A stretch of 64,000 nucleotides of DNA from NCBI GenBank assembly GCA_016125495.1, contig WGLQ01000012.1:6925-70924 (forward strand), given 5' to 3'. The translations under genes were made by a program, and so were the position numbers. This DNA is from Hyphomicrobiales bacterium (GTDB taxonomy: Bacteria > Pseudomonadota > Alphaproteobacteria > Rhizobiales > RI-29). Numbering within the stretch: position 1 is the first letter of the stretch; every line of letters starts with the position of its first letter. Below are positions 1 through 11,454 of this stretch, piece after piece. The notes beneath the pieces were generated by a model. The model had not been told where the DNA came from and searched no databases. It worked only from the letters and a program-made list of their open reading frames with translations.

Positions 1-1190
1 TGGCCCGGCAGTCCTACGTTTTCACCAGCGAGTCCGTTTCCGAGGGGCACCCCGACAAGGTCTGCGACCGCATCTCGGACGAGGTCGTCGACCTCTTCTA
101 TCGTGATGCCATCGCTCATGGCGACGATCCGCGGCGCGTGCGCGTCGCCTGCGAGACGCTGGCCACGACCAACCGCGTGGTGATCGCCGGCGAGTACCGC
201 GGCTCCGACCGCGTCACGACCATGGACATCGTCGCCGCGGCCCGGGCCGCGATCCGCGACATCGGTTACGAGCAGGACGGCTTCCATTGGGCGCGCGCCA
301 ACATCGAGGTGCTGTTGCACGGCCAGTCGTCGGACATCGCCCAGGGCGTCGATGCCGCCGGCAACAAGGACGAAGGCGCCGGTGACCAGGGCATCATGTT
401 CGGCTACGCCTGCCGTGACACACCCGAACTGATGCCGGCCCCGATCTATTATTCGCACGCCATCCTGCGCAATCTGGCGGCGGAGAGAAAATCCGGTCGC
501 CTCGGTATGCTCGGGCCCGACGCCAAGAGCCAGGTCTCCGTGCATTACGAGAACGGCAAGCCGCGCCGTGCTGTGCAGATCGTTCTTTCCACCCAGCACA
601 TCGACCCCAAGCTGTCCTCGGGTGACATCAAGGAGCTGGTCCGCCCGGTCATCGAGCGCACGCTTCCGAGCGGCTGGGTCAACGCCGACACGGTTTGGCA
701 CGTCAACCCGACCGGTGCATTCGTCATCGGCGGCCCCGACGGCGACTGCGGTCTGACCGGCCGCAAGATCATCGTCGACACCTACGGTGGCATGGCGGCC
801 CACGGCGGCGGTGCCTTCTCCGGCAAGGACCCGACCAAGGTGGACCGTTCCGCAGCCTATGCGGCGCGCTATCTCGCCAAGAACGTCGTTGCCGCCGAAT
901 TGGCCGACTGGTGCAGCATCCAATTGTCCTATGCCATCGGCGTCGCGCAGCCGTTGTCGATCTACGTCGACACCGGCGGCACCAGCCGGGTCGGTGACGA
1001 TGTGTTGGAAAAGGCGATCGCCAAGGTCATGGACCTTTCGCCGCGCGGCATTCGCGAGCATCTCTCGCTCAACCGTCCGATCTATGCGCGCACCGCGGCC
1101 TACGGGCATTTCGGGCGCACGCCCGATGCCGACGGCGGCTTTTCCTGGGAGCGCACCGACCTCGTCGAGGCGCTGACCGGCGCGGTCTGA
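1..1190 (+). CDS. metK: S-adenosylmethionine synthetase, 5' end cut by window edge
   Basis: The frame is open from nt 3 ([27 protein letters not shown]) and continues into ORF 138..1190. That ORF carries [41 protein letters not shown] and [19 protein letters not shown]. Confidence 0.97.
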   Translation, partial: ARQSYVFTSESVSEGHPDKVCDRISDEVVDLFYRDAIAHGDDPRRVRVACETLATTNRVVIAGEYRGSDRVTTMDIVAAARAAIRDIGYEQDGFHWARANIEVLLHGQSSDIAQGVDAAGNKDEGAGDQGIMFGYACRDTPELMPAPIYYSHAILRNLAAERKSGRLGMLGPDAKSQVSVHYENGKPRRAVQIVLSTQHIDPKLSSGDIKELVRPVIERTLPSGWVNADTVWHVNPTGAFVIGGPDGDCGLTGRKIIVDTYGGMAAHGGGAFSGKDPTKVDRSAAYAARYLAKNVVAAELADWCSIQLSYAIGVAQPLSIYVDTGGTSRVGDDVLEKAIAKVMDLSPRGIREHLSLNRPIYARTAAYGHFGRTPDADGGFSWERTDLVEALTGAV

Positions 1191-1219
1191 GGGTTCGTTT
1201 GTTCGCTGGCGCCATCGGC

Positions 1220-1801
1220 TCAGCGCTGGTGGCGCCCGAGGTCCGCGACCCGCTCGAGCCATCGCGCGCGCTGCCGCTCGTCGAGCGCGCCGATACCGCC
1301 GATATAGGTCTCGCGCACCGGACCGACCCCGGACATCGAAAGGACCCCGTTCCGCAGGCATCTGACGCCCGCCGCCCCGAAGAGGAAACGGAACGCCAGC
1401 GCCGGCATGCCCATCGTCACGATGACGCGGGCGGAGCGGCCCGCGAGGTTCTGTTTCGGCCAGCCGCCGCCGCGTTCCGAGACCGCGAAGTCCGCCCGTG
1501 CGAGCTGCTCGAAGAAGGCCTTGACCAGAGCCGGCATGGTTCCCAGCCAGAGCGGAAAGACGACGACGAGGTGTTCGGCTCGCAGCACCTGCTGTTGCAC
1601 GGCGCGCATCGCCTCGTCCGGCGGCGTGGCAAAGGCGGCCTCCGACAGCAGCGGCTCTGGCGCCAGACGTGCGATATCGACGTGCTCCACCTCGGCCCCG
1701 GCTCCGGTCGCACCCGATCGGTAGGCCTCCGCGAGTGCATGACAGTAGTGCGGCGTGCCGCAATCGGGGTGACCCTGGATGATCAGAACACGCTTCGCCA
1801 T
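1220..1801 (-). CDS. Flavodoxin-like fold NAD(P)H dehydrogenase (quinone) family protein
   Basis: This is the C-terminal 193 aa of minus ORF 1220..2758, starting MAKRVLIIQGHPDCG...HLVVVFPLWLGTMPALVKAFFEQL, typical of Flavodoxin_2/KefF-type reductases. The ATG is at 1801. The upstream part of the ORF is antisense to trmB. Confidence 0.8.
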   Translation of the reverse strand: MAKRVLIIQGHPDCGTPHYCHALAEAYRSGATGAGAEVEHVDIARLAPEPLLSEAAFATPPDEAMRAVQQQVLRAEHLVVVFPLWLGTMPALVKAFFEQLARADFAVSERGGGWPKQNLAGRSARVIVTMGMPALAFRFLFGAAGVRCLRNGVLSMSGVGPVRETYIGGIGALDERQRARWLERVADLGRHQR

Positions 1802-1852
1802 GACGCCGTCCTTCGCTCGTGCCCCCATGGATCGCGCCACCCCCCTGGCGAT

Positions 1853-2692
1853 ATGGACCGATCCCGCGCCGGCATCCTTGATCGCCGTCAATGGCTGTGC
1901 GAGGTCGTCAAAGTGAGCACGACCAGACAGCTTTCGGCATTCGAGCCGCCCGCGCCCGACGGCTGCCCCGATGCCGCGCCGGGCGATTGTTCGAACGCCG
2001 TTCCCGTCCGCCGGAAAACCTTGTTTGGCCGCCGGAAGGGCAAGGCGCTGCATGGTCGCCAGCGCGAGCTTTACGGTGGGCTGTTGCCAGCGTTGAGCTT
2101 CGATCCGGATCGTCACGGCGCCGATCCGCTGTCGGCCTTCGGGCCCGGCTGCCGGGCGCTGGCGATGGAGATCGGCTTCGGCGGTGGCGAGCACCTCGCC
2201 GCCCAGGCCGTTGCCCATCCCGACGTGGCCTTCATCGGTTGTGAGCCGTTCGCCAATGGGGTCGCCAAGCTGCTCAGTGAGATCGAGCGCCTGGCGCTCG
2301 ACAATGTGCGCGTTTTCCACGACGACGCCCGCACGGTGATCGCGGCCCTGCCGGCCCGCGCTCTCACCCGGGTTTTCATCCTTTTCCCCGATCCGTGGCC
2401 GAAGCGCCGCCATGTCAAGCGCCGGCTCGTGGACGCCCCTTTCCTGGCCACTCTCTCGCGTGTCATGGCGGTTGGCGGCGAACTCCGCGTCGCGACCGAC
2501 ATCGTCGATTATGCGCGCTCGATGGACGCCGCTTTCGCCGCGACCCCTGCCTTCCGGTGCCTGACACCGAGTGCCGCCGAATGGAGCGCCCGCCCGCCGG
2601 ATTGGCCGCCGACTCGCTACGAGGCCAAAGCCGTTGCGGCGAAAAGAGCGCCGCGTTACATGCGTTATGTGCACGAGCCGACCGTGGGCTGA
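1853..2692 (+). CDS. trmB: tRNA (guanine-N7)-methyltransferase
   Basis: This is the C-terminal part of ORF 1199..2692: LFGRRKGKAL, EIGFGGGEHL, FILFPDPWPKRRHVKRR, PTRYEAKA. The start is uncertain (ATG 1853 or GTG 1913). The upstream part of the ORF overlaps the opposite-strand reductase gene. Confidence 0.88.
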   Translation: MDRSRAGILDRRQWLCEVVKVSTTRQLSAFEPPAPDGCPDAAPGDCSNAVPVRRKTLFGRRKGKALHGRQRELYGGLLPALSFDPDRHGADPLSAFGPGCRALAMEIGFGGGEHLAAQAVAHPDVAFIGCEPFANGVAKLLSEIERLALDNVRVFHDDARTVIAALPARALTRVFILFPDPWPKRRHVKRRLVDAPFLATLSRVMAVGGELRVATDIVDYARSMDAAFAATPAFRCLTPSAAEWSARPPDWPPTRYEAKAVAAKRAPRYMRYVHEPTVG

Positions 2693-2767
2693 GGCGATCG
2701 CCCCGCCGACCGCTCTGCCGCGTCGGGCCCGCAGGGCCATTTCTTCCAAGCCGGTCACATTGAACGC

Positions 2768-2796
2768 TTGCGCGTCGTGCGTGCCCGTCGTATAGG
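2768..2796 (+). promoter_or_regulatory. Sigma70-like promoter candidate (TTGCGC-17 nt-TATAGG) upstream of rimP
   Basis: The -35-like TTGCGC is at 2768-2773, followed by a 17-nt spacer and the -10-like TATAGG at 2791-2796, in the 207-nt trmB-rimP gap. This is a pattern match only. Confidence 0.3.
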
Positions 2797-2827
2797 AAAA
2801 GTGCTCATGATCATCTCAACTTCGGGA

Positions 2828-2858
2828 GTGGGCCCTCCGGGTCCGCTCTTTTTTATTT
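2828..2858 (+). terminator. Intrinsic terminator-like hairpin plus U-tract, either in the rimP-nusA leader or terminating trmB
   Basis: GTGGGCCC (2828-2835), loop TCC, GGGTCCGC (2839-2846). That gives 8 bp including two G-U pairs, extendable by 2-3 flanking pairs. It is followed by TCTTTTTTATTT and lies 42 nt before the rimP GTG. Confidence 0.5.
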
Positions 2859-2899
2859 GGCGGCGCAGGGTGTGACACGCCCCGTGCGCTCGGAGCAAC

Positions 2900-3634
2900 G
2901 TGTTGACGCGAGTGGGTACGGACTTCGGTGGCGATGCGCGGTTCTTCCGCGAAACCGGCTTGGCGGCGGAGATTGCCGAATTGGCCGAGCCGGTGCTGTC
3001 CGAACTCGGGTTCCGGCTGGTCCGCGTGCTCGTCTCCAGCCGTGACGGTGGAACGATCCAGGTCATGTTCGACCATGCCGGGCGCGAGGTCGACGCTTCC
3101 GACTGTGAGCGGGTGTCGCGGGCGCTCGATCCGACCATCGATGCCTACGTGCCGAAGGCGCGCTCGAGCCACGGCCTCGAGGTTTCATCACCCGGCATCG
3201 ACCGTCCGCTGGTCCGCCCGAGCGACATCGAGGCGCACATCGGGCACGAGGCGCGGCTCGAATTGCGCGAGATGGTGGAGGGCCGCAAGCGGTTTCGCGG
3301 GCGGCTCGAGGGCATGGAGGACGGCGAATTGCGCCTCGAGACCGACCTCGGCGGCGAAGCGGGCGTCGTGGTGCTCGGCTTTCCGCTGACGATGGTCGAG
3401 AGCGCCAAGCTCGTCCTGACCGACGAGTTGATCGCCTTGGGCCAGGCACGCCGTGCACTCGCCGCGCAAGCGGCTGCCGAGGGCGAAAGCGGCGGCGAGA
3501 ACGAAGGTTCCGCTCGGGCCGGCGAGACGGCCGGTGGTGATATCGAGCCCGATGCCGGGGTAACGGGATCGGCGAATGAACGGCCCGTCGGCGCGGGCGG
3601 CAAGCGGCGCCGGACGGGCGACAGGATGGAGTAG
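2900..3634 (+). CDS. rimP: Ribosome maturation factor RimP
   Basis: LAEPVLSELGFRLVRV..., LEVSSPGIDRPL and KRFRGRLEG are present, and it sits immediately upstream of nusA. GTG start at 2900. Confidence 0.9.
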   Translation: MLTRVGTDFGGDARFFRETGLAAEIAELAEPVLSELGFRLVRVLVSSRDGGTIQVMFDHAGREVDASDCERVSRALDPTIDAYVPKARSSHGLEVSSPGIDRPLVRPSDIEAHIGHEARLELREMVEGRKRFRGRLEGMEDGELRLETDLGGEAGVVVLGFPLTMVESAKLVLTDELIALGQARRALAAQAAAEGESGGENEGSARAGETAGGDIEPDAGVTGSANERPVGAGGKRRRTGDRME

Positions 3635-3638
3635 TGGA

Positions 3639-5273
3639 ATGGCACAGATGGGTGTGAGCGCCAACCGGCTCGAGCTCCTGCAGATCGCCGATGCCGTCGC
3701 GCGCGAGAAGTCGATCGACCGTCAGATCGTGATCGCCGCCATGGAGGATGCGATCCAGAAAGCTGCGAAATCGCGTTACGGCGCGGAGAACGAAATTCGC
3801 GCGCGCATCAATCCGCAGACCGGAGAGATGCGGCTCGCCCGCGTCATGACCATCGTCGAGGAGGTCGCCAACCAGGCGACCGAGATTTCACTCGCCAACG
3901 CCAAGTGGCGCGATCCCGCCGCCGAAGTCGGTGGCACCATCGAGGAAGAACTTCCGCCCCTCGATTTCGGCCGCGTCGCCGCCCAGAATGCCAAGCAGGT
4001 GATCGTCCAGAAGGTCCGTGAGGCCGAGCGCGACCAGCAGTTCGAGGAATACAAGGACCGCGTCGGCCAGATCATCAACGGCACTGTGAAGCGCGAGGAA
4101 CACGGCCACGTCATCGTCGACCTCGGCCGCGGCGAGGGAATTCTCCGCCGTGAGGAGAAGCTGCCGCGCGAGGCCTACCGCTACGGCGACCGTGTCCGCG
4201 CCCTCATCGCGGACGTGCGCCGCGAACAGCGCGGCCCGCAGATTTTCCTCTCGCGCACGCGCCCCGAGTTCATGGCCAAGCTCTTTGCCCAGGAGGTTCC
4301 GGAGATCTACGACGGGATCGTCGAAATCCGCTCCGTCGCGCGTGAGCCGGGAAGCCGTGCAAAGATCGCGGTCATCTCGAACGACAGCTCCATCGACCCG
4401 GTCGGCGCCTGCGTCGGCATGCGCGGTCAGCGCGTTCAGGCCGTGGTCGGCGAACTGCAGGGCGAAAAGATCGACATCATCCCCTGGTCCGGCGACGCGG
4501 CCAACTTCATCGTGAACGCGCTCGCACCCGCCGAGGTCGTCAAGGTCGTGCTCGACGAGGACGCCGAGCGTATCGAGGTGGTGGTGCCCGACGACCAGCT
4601 CTCCCTGGCGATCGGTCGCAAGGGTCAGAATGTCCGGCTTGCGAGCGAACTCACGGGCTGGGACATCGACATCCTGACCGAGTCCGCCGAGACGGAACGC
4701 CGCCAGAAGGAAACCGGCGAGCGGCTCGCCCTCTTCATGGAGGCGCTCGATATCGACGAGTTCATCGCCCAGTTGCTGGTCGCCGAGGGGTTCTCGAGCA
4801 TCGAGGAGGTGGCCTACGTCGATATCGCAGAGGTCGCCTCGATCGACGGTTTGCCGGAAGAGACGGCCCAGGAGGTCCAGACCCGCGCCCGCGACTACCT
4901 CGACGCCCAGGAGGCCGAGCGCGACCGTCGGCGCCGCGAACTCGGTGTTTCCGACGATATCGCCCAGGTGCCGGGTGTCACGACGGCGATGATGGTGGCC
5001 TTCGGCGAGAACGACATCCGATCGCTGGAGGATTTGGCGTGGTGCGCGACCGACGATCTCATCGGATGGCACGAGCGTCGCGACGGCTCGACGGTGCGCC
5101 ACGAAGGTGCGCTGTCCGGCTTCGAACTGTCGCGCGAGGAGGCCGAGGAGTTGATCATGTCGGCGCGCCTGCTGGCCGGCATGGTTGAAGTGGAGGATAT
5201 TACCGGTCCGGCCGCCGAGGCCGAGGGAGGCGAAGAGGCCGGTGGGGTTGGCGCCGAGGGAGAGGCGGTCTGA
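3639..5273 (+). CDS. nusA: Transcription termination/antitermination factor NusA
   Basis: MAQMGVSANRLELLQIADAVAREKSID, an S1 domain (GTVKREEHGHVIVDLG), KH domains (GACVGMRGQRVQAV, LAIGRKGQNVRLA) and an acidic C-terminus. The ATG at 3639 lies 5 nt after the rimP stop. Confidence 0.97.
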   Translation: MAQMGVSANRLELLQIADAVAREKSIDRQIVIAAMEDAIQKAAKSRYGAENEIRARINPQTGEMRLARVMTIVEEVANQATEISLANAKWRDPAAEVGGTIEEELPPLDFGRVAAQNAKQVIVQKVREAERDQQFEEYKDRVGQIINGTVKREEHGHVIVDLGRGEGILRREEKLPREAYRYGDRVRALIADVRREQRGPQIFLSRTRPEFMAKLFAQEVPEIYDGIVEIRSVAREPGSRAKIAVISNDSSIDPVGACVGMRGQRVQAVVGELQGEKIDIIPWSGDAANFIVNALAPAEVVKVVLDEDAERIEVVVPDDQLSLAIGRKGQNVRLASELTGWDIDILTESAETERRQKETGERLALFMEALDIDEFIAQLLVAEGFSSIEEVAYVDIAEVASIDGLPEETAQEVQTRARDYLDAQEAERDRRRRELGVSDDIAQVPGVTTAMMVAFGENDIRSLEDLAWCATDDLIGWHERRDGSTVRHEGALSGFELSREEAEELIMSARLLAGMVEVEDITGPAAEAEGGEEAGGVGAEGEAV

Positions 5274-5301
5274 GGCCGGCCGCTCCGCGGGAGGCACGAT
5301 C

Positions 5302-6026
5302 ATGACCGGCGAGCCGGAGGCGCGGGAGTACGAGGTGGATGCCGACGGGCATCCGCGGCGACAATGCATCGTCACGCGCGAGCGTGCTTCGCCGGACGAA
5401 CTCTTGCGTTTCGTGGTCGGGCCCGAGCGTCGGGTGGTGCCGGATATCGCGGCGCGGCTCCCCGGGCGAGGATGCTGGGTCACCTGCCGGCGCGAAGTGG
5501 TCGAACTCGCCGTTCGCCGCCGGGCCTTCGCCCGCGCGCTGAAGACCGAGGTCGTCGTGGATGCGGACTTGCCTGCGTTGGTTGGCCAGCTCCTGCGTGC
5601 CCGTACGCTCGCCTCGTTGTCCCTGGCCCGCAAGGCCGGCGAGGTGGTTTTGGGCTTCATGAAGCTGGAGGCGGCACTGACCGAGCGCCGGATCGTCCTG
5701 CTCGTGCATGCCAGCGATGCCGGGCGGGACGGGCGTGAGCGCCTCGATCGACGCCTCGCGGCGCTGCCGCCGGAGTTTCCCGGGGCGGTTCTCGAGGCGA
5801 GCGGTGCGAAAATCACCGGGGTGGATCTGACGCGAGACGAATTGAGTTTGGCACTAGGCCGTCCGAATGTGGTACATGCTGGGATGAAGGCGGGTGGCGC
5901 CAGCCTGAGATTCCAGAAAGACTTCGCGAGGCTGAGGCGCTACGAAGCGACATCGTCGCTCGACTGCGAGCCGGCTGGCTCGGCTTCTGGCCCAGATATG
6001 GCCCCGACCCGGGGTCCAAACACGGA

Positions 6027-6030
<4 letters not shown>
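5302..6030 (+). CDS. YlxR/DUF448-type RNA-binding protein with L7Ae-like C-terminal half
   Basis: [29 protein letters not shown]...LPGRGCWV is the YlxR signature, and the gene holds the conserved position between nusA and infB. Its stop overlaps the infB start by 4 nt. Confidence 0.85.
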
Positions 6031-8720
<2,690 letters not shown>

Positions 8721-8876
8721 CGGTGTCGGTCATCGTTGGGCGGGGGCGCCGGACGCGCGGTCCACGGCCCCGCCGCCTTCCTGACCAGCGAGGCGAGCCG
8801 CAGCCGGAGTTCGGCCGGCTCCGCCTCTCGTCGATCGAATGATTGGCGCTCCCCGCCACCGGGCGCGCTTGGCACC

Positions 8877-9485
8877 ATGACGAGAGCCATGCCGGATCAT
8901 CATCTGCAGTATCGGGTGGACGGTGCGGGCCTGCTGGAAACGATGATGACTGCCTGGCGTCGGGCGCGCGGACGAAAATTCCTCGTGCGCCAGTTCGTTC
9001 TTGCTATGGCTTTCGTCGTGCTCGCGCTCTGGGCGGCCTTCCAGATTGGCCCGTTCCTCGAGCTGTTCGGCATCCGGCTCTCACCATTGTTCGAGATCGC
9101 GGTGAGCATCGCTCTTCTCGGGCTGCTCTATCAGGCCTACTACTCGATCAATGTGATGCTGGTTCGCGAGGCCTGCGAGCGCATGGCGGGCACGGGTGAA
9201 CCGGTGCAGGTCGAGGTCGGTCAGGAGAGCATCGTCTTTCGCTCCCCACATAGCGAGCATCGGCTTGCCTGGCCCGCGGTCCGGAGTGTCGACGAGGTTC
9301 GTGGCGGTTTGGCCGTGAGCGCCGGGCTCATCGCGTTCTATATTGCGCCGCAGGCCTTCACGGATGCCGCGCACCGCGCCGAGGTTCTGGGCTATTGCCG
9401 ATCCCGCATTCGTCGGGACGTGGTTGCCGACGGCCGGCGCCTCGACGTCGGCGGCCCGATCGAATCCCCCGTGCTCGATCGCTGA
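8877..9485 (+). CDS. YcxB-like membrane protein (two predicted TM helices plus a YcxB-type C-terminal domain)
   Basis: Hydrophobic stretches FVLAMAFVVLALWAAFQIG and IAVSIALLGLLYQAYY, then RLAWPAVRSVDEV...IAFYIAPQAFTD, which resembles the YcxB-like domain. The start was chosen at ATG 8877 within ORF 8736..9485. Confidence 0.6.
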   Translation: MTRAMPDHHLQYRVDGAGLLETMMTAWRRARGRKFLVRQFVLAMAFVVLALWAAFQIGPFLELFGIRLSPLFEIAVSIALLGLLYQAYYSINVMLVREACERMAGTGEPVQVEVGQESIVFRSPHSEHRLAWPAVRSVDEVRGGLAVSAGLIAFYIAPQAFTDAAHRAEVLGYCRSRIRRDVVADGRRLDVGGPIESPVLDR

Positions 9486-9525
9486 GCACCGGGTCGACCC
9501 TCATTTCGACGACAGGACAATCGCC

Positions 9526-9984
9526 GTGCCGCGCAACACCTCCAACAAGGCTCCATCGCAGCGCCAGCTTCGCCAGGGCGAGGAATTGCGCCACGCCCTC
9601 GCCGAGATACTCATGCGCCGCGAGATCCGCGACGACGACCTGCGCGGTGTCGTGATCACGGTCTCGCAGGTTCGCATCAGCCCCGATGCGCGCGCCGCGA
9701 CAGCCTACGTCATGCCGCTCGGCGGCCAGAACCAGGAGCGTGTCGTTGCCGCCCTCAACCGCAATGCGCGCTACCTGCGCGGCGAGGTTGGCCACGCTGT
9801 CCGGATGAAGTATACGCCGACCCTGGTCTTTCGCCTCGACACCTCCTTCGACGAATCCGATCGTATCGGCGCGGCCTTGCGTTCGCCCGAGGTGCGTCGC
9901 GATGTCGCGTCGGAGGATGCGGGCAACGATGGCACGGGCGACGCCGAAGATACCGGCGCCCCGGCCGATGGACAACAATCGTAG
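9526..9984 (+). CDS. rbfA: Ribosome-binding factor A
   Basis: RQLRQGEELRHALAEIL, VTVSQVRISPDARAATAYV and KYTPTLVFRLD. GTG 9526 was chosen within ORF 9343..9984. Confidence 0.92.
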   Translation: MPRNTSNKAPSQRQLRQGEELRHALAEILMRREIRDDDLRGVVITVSQVRISPDARAATAYVMPLGGQNQERVVAALNRNARYLRGEVGHAVRMKYTPTLVFRLDTSFDESDRIGAALRSPEVRRDVASEDAGNDGTGDAEDTGAPADGQQS

Positions 9985-10030
9985 CGCTCTCGCCGCCGGT
10001 CGCGGCGCGAGCGGCATTCGAGGTGCGCGC

Positions 10031-10957
10031 ATGGGACGTCGAAAGGGGAGTTCCGTTTCGGGTTGGCTGATCGTCGACAAGCCCGAAGGGATGACGTCCA
10101 CCCAGGCCGTCGGCAAGGCGAAGTGGCTGTTCGACGCGCGCAAGGCCGGTCACGCCGGCACGCTCGATCCGCTCGCCACCGGCATCCTGCCGATCGCGCT
10201 CGGCGAGGCCACCAAGACGGTGCCCTTCATTGTCGACGGTGCGAAGGGCTACCGCTTCACCATGCGGCTCGGCATCGAGACGGACAGCGACGACTCGGAC
10301 GGTCAGGTCGTGGCGAACGCCGATGCGTCCGGCATCACCGAGCAGATGGTGCGCGCCTTGCTGCCCGAGTTCCTCGGTGAGATCGAGCAGACACCGCCGC
10401 GCTTTTCCGCGATCAAGGTCGCTGGCGAGCGTGCCTACGACCGTGCCCGCGACGGTGAGGTGTTCGAACTCGATGCGCGCACTGTGACGATCGACCGCCT
10501 CGATCTGGTCGGTTTTGCCGCACCCGACGTGACGCTGGAGGCCGACTGCGGAAAGGGCACCTATGTTCGCGCCATCGCCCGCGATCTCGGTCGCCGCCTC
10601 GATTGTGGAGGCCATGTCGTGAAACTGCGCCGGACGCGGGTCGGTCCGTTCGATGAATCGCATGCGATTTCTCTGGAACGCCTCGAGGAACTTCGCCATA
10701 GTGCCGCCGGCCGAGAGGCTCTCATGGAAAGTCTGCTGCCCATCGAGGCAGCGCTGGACGACATCCCGGCGCTTTCCGTGTCGAGTGACGACGCCTCACG
10801 GCTCAAGAGGGGCCAGCCCGTGCTCTTGCGCGGTCGCGATGCCCCGATCATGACCGGGCCGGTCTACGCCATGTCGCGCGGAACCCTCGTGGCAATCGGA
10901 GAGATTTGCCAGGGCGAGCTTCGCCCCTCGCGAGTGTTCAATACGTCGGCGGGCTGA
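10031..10957 (+). CDS. truB: tRNA pseudouridine(55) synthase
   Basis: [38 protein letters not shown] and [14 protein letters not shown] at 10031. Confidence 0.96.
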   Translation: MGRRKGSSVSGWLIVDKPEGMTSTQAVGKAKWLFDARKAGHAGTLDPLATGILPIALGEATKTVPFIVDGAKGYRFTMRLGIETDSDDSDGQVVANADASGITEQMVRALLPEFLGEIEQTPPRFSAIKVAGERAYDRARDGEVFELDARTVTIDRLDLVGFAAPDVTLEADCGKGTYVRAIARDLGRRLDCGGHVVKLRRTRVGPFDESHAISLERLEELRHSAAGREALMESLLPIEAALDDIPALSVSSDDASRLKRGQPVLLRGRDAPIMTGPVYAMSRGTLVAIGEICQGELRPSRVFNTSAG

Positions 10958-10990
10958 CCGGTCGCCAAAGCAATGCAACGAGGAGCGACG

Positions 10991-11260
10991 ATGTCGGTAA
11001 CTGTCGAGCGCAAGGCGGAACTGATCAAGGAATTCGCCAAGGGCACTGGGGACACGGGCTCGCCCGAGGTCCAGATCGCCATCTTGAGCGAGCGCATCAG
11101 CAACCTGACCGAGCATTTCAAGAGTCACGTCAAGGACAACCACTCCCGCCGGGGCCTTCTGAAGATGGTCTCCCAGCGGCGCAGTCTCCTCGACTATCTT
11201 CGTTCCAAGGACGAGGCGCGCTATCGCGAGATCATCCAGCGGCTCGGCATCCGCCGTTAG
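10991..11260 (+). CDS. rpsO: 30S ribosomal protein S15
   Basis: 89 aa: [15 protein letters not shown]...[48 protein letters not shown]. Confidence 0.98.
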   Translation: MSVTVERKAELIKEFAKGTGDTGSPEVQIAILSERISNLTEHFKSHVKDNHSRRGLLKMVSQRRSLLDYLRSKDEARYREIIQRLGIRR

Positions 11261-11364
11261 CGGATCGCATCTGGGACGGACCTGCCTCCGGCCTCGGGAA
11301 ACGGCGGCTCGGCTGGCGCAGCTGGCTGTGCCCGCTCCGCGGCGCCCCGGAACTGGAGTTTCAT

Positions 11365-11405
11365 GCGGCCGGCTTCGACGAGGTTCGGGGCCGGACCGCT
11401 TTTTT
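11365..11405 (+). terminator. Intrinsic terminator / processing hairpin between rpsO and pnp
   Basis: GCGGCCGGCTTCGA...TCGGGGCCGGACCGC forms a stem of about 14 bp with one bulged A and two G-U pairs. It is followed by TTTTTT, 50 nt before the pnp ATG. Confidence 0.7.
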
Positions 11406-11454
11406 GCGTTCGTCGCAATCCGGCGGCGACGCGATGATGAACGAGAGAAGAGAT

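Noticed and set aside
1199-1852. The N-terminal ~218 aa of the 497-aa plus-strand ORF that ends as trmB.
   Set aside because: This part overlaps the well-supported opposite-strand flavodoxin-like reductase gene and has nonsense-like composition. TrmB homology begins only near LFGRRKG.
2807-2875. A 22-codon ORF (MIISTSGVGPPGPLFFIWRRRV) spanning the leader hairpin upstream of rimP, considered as a leader peptide.
   Set aside because: It has no Shine-Dalgarno and no regulatory codon run, and an ORF this short is expected by chance. It is kept only as a remote possibility.
10906-11454. The upstream part of the 916-aa ORF ending as pnp, and likewise 31310..31828 upstream of hslO.
   Set aside because: These are out-of-frame read-through across rpsO and argF respectively. 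The canonical PNPase N-terminus (MFDIV...) begins at 11455, and the Hsp33-like sequence begins at the GTG at 31829.
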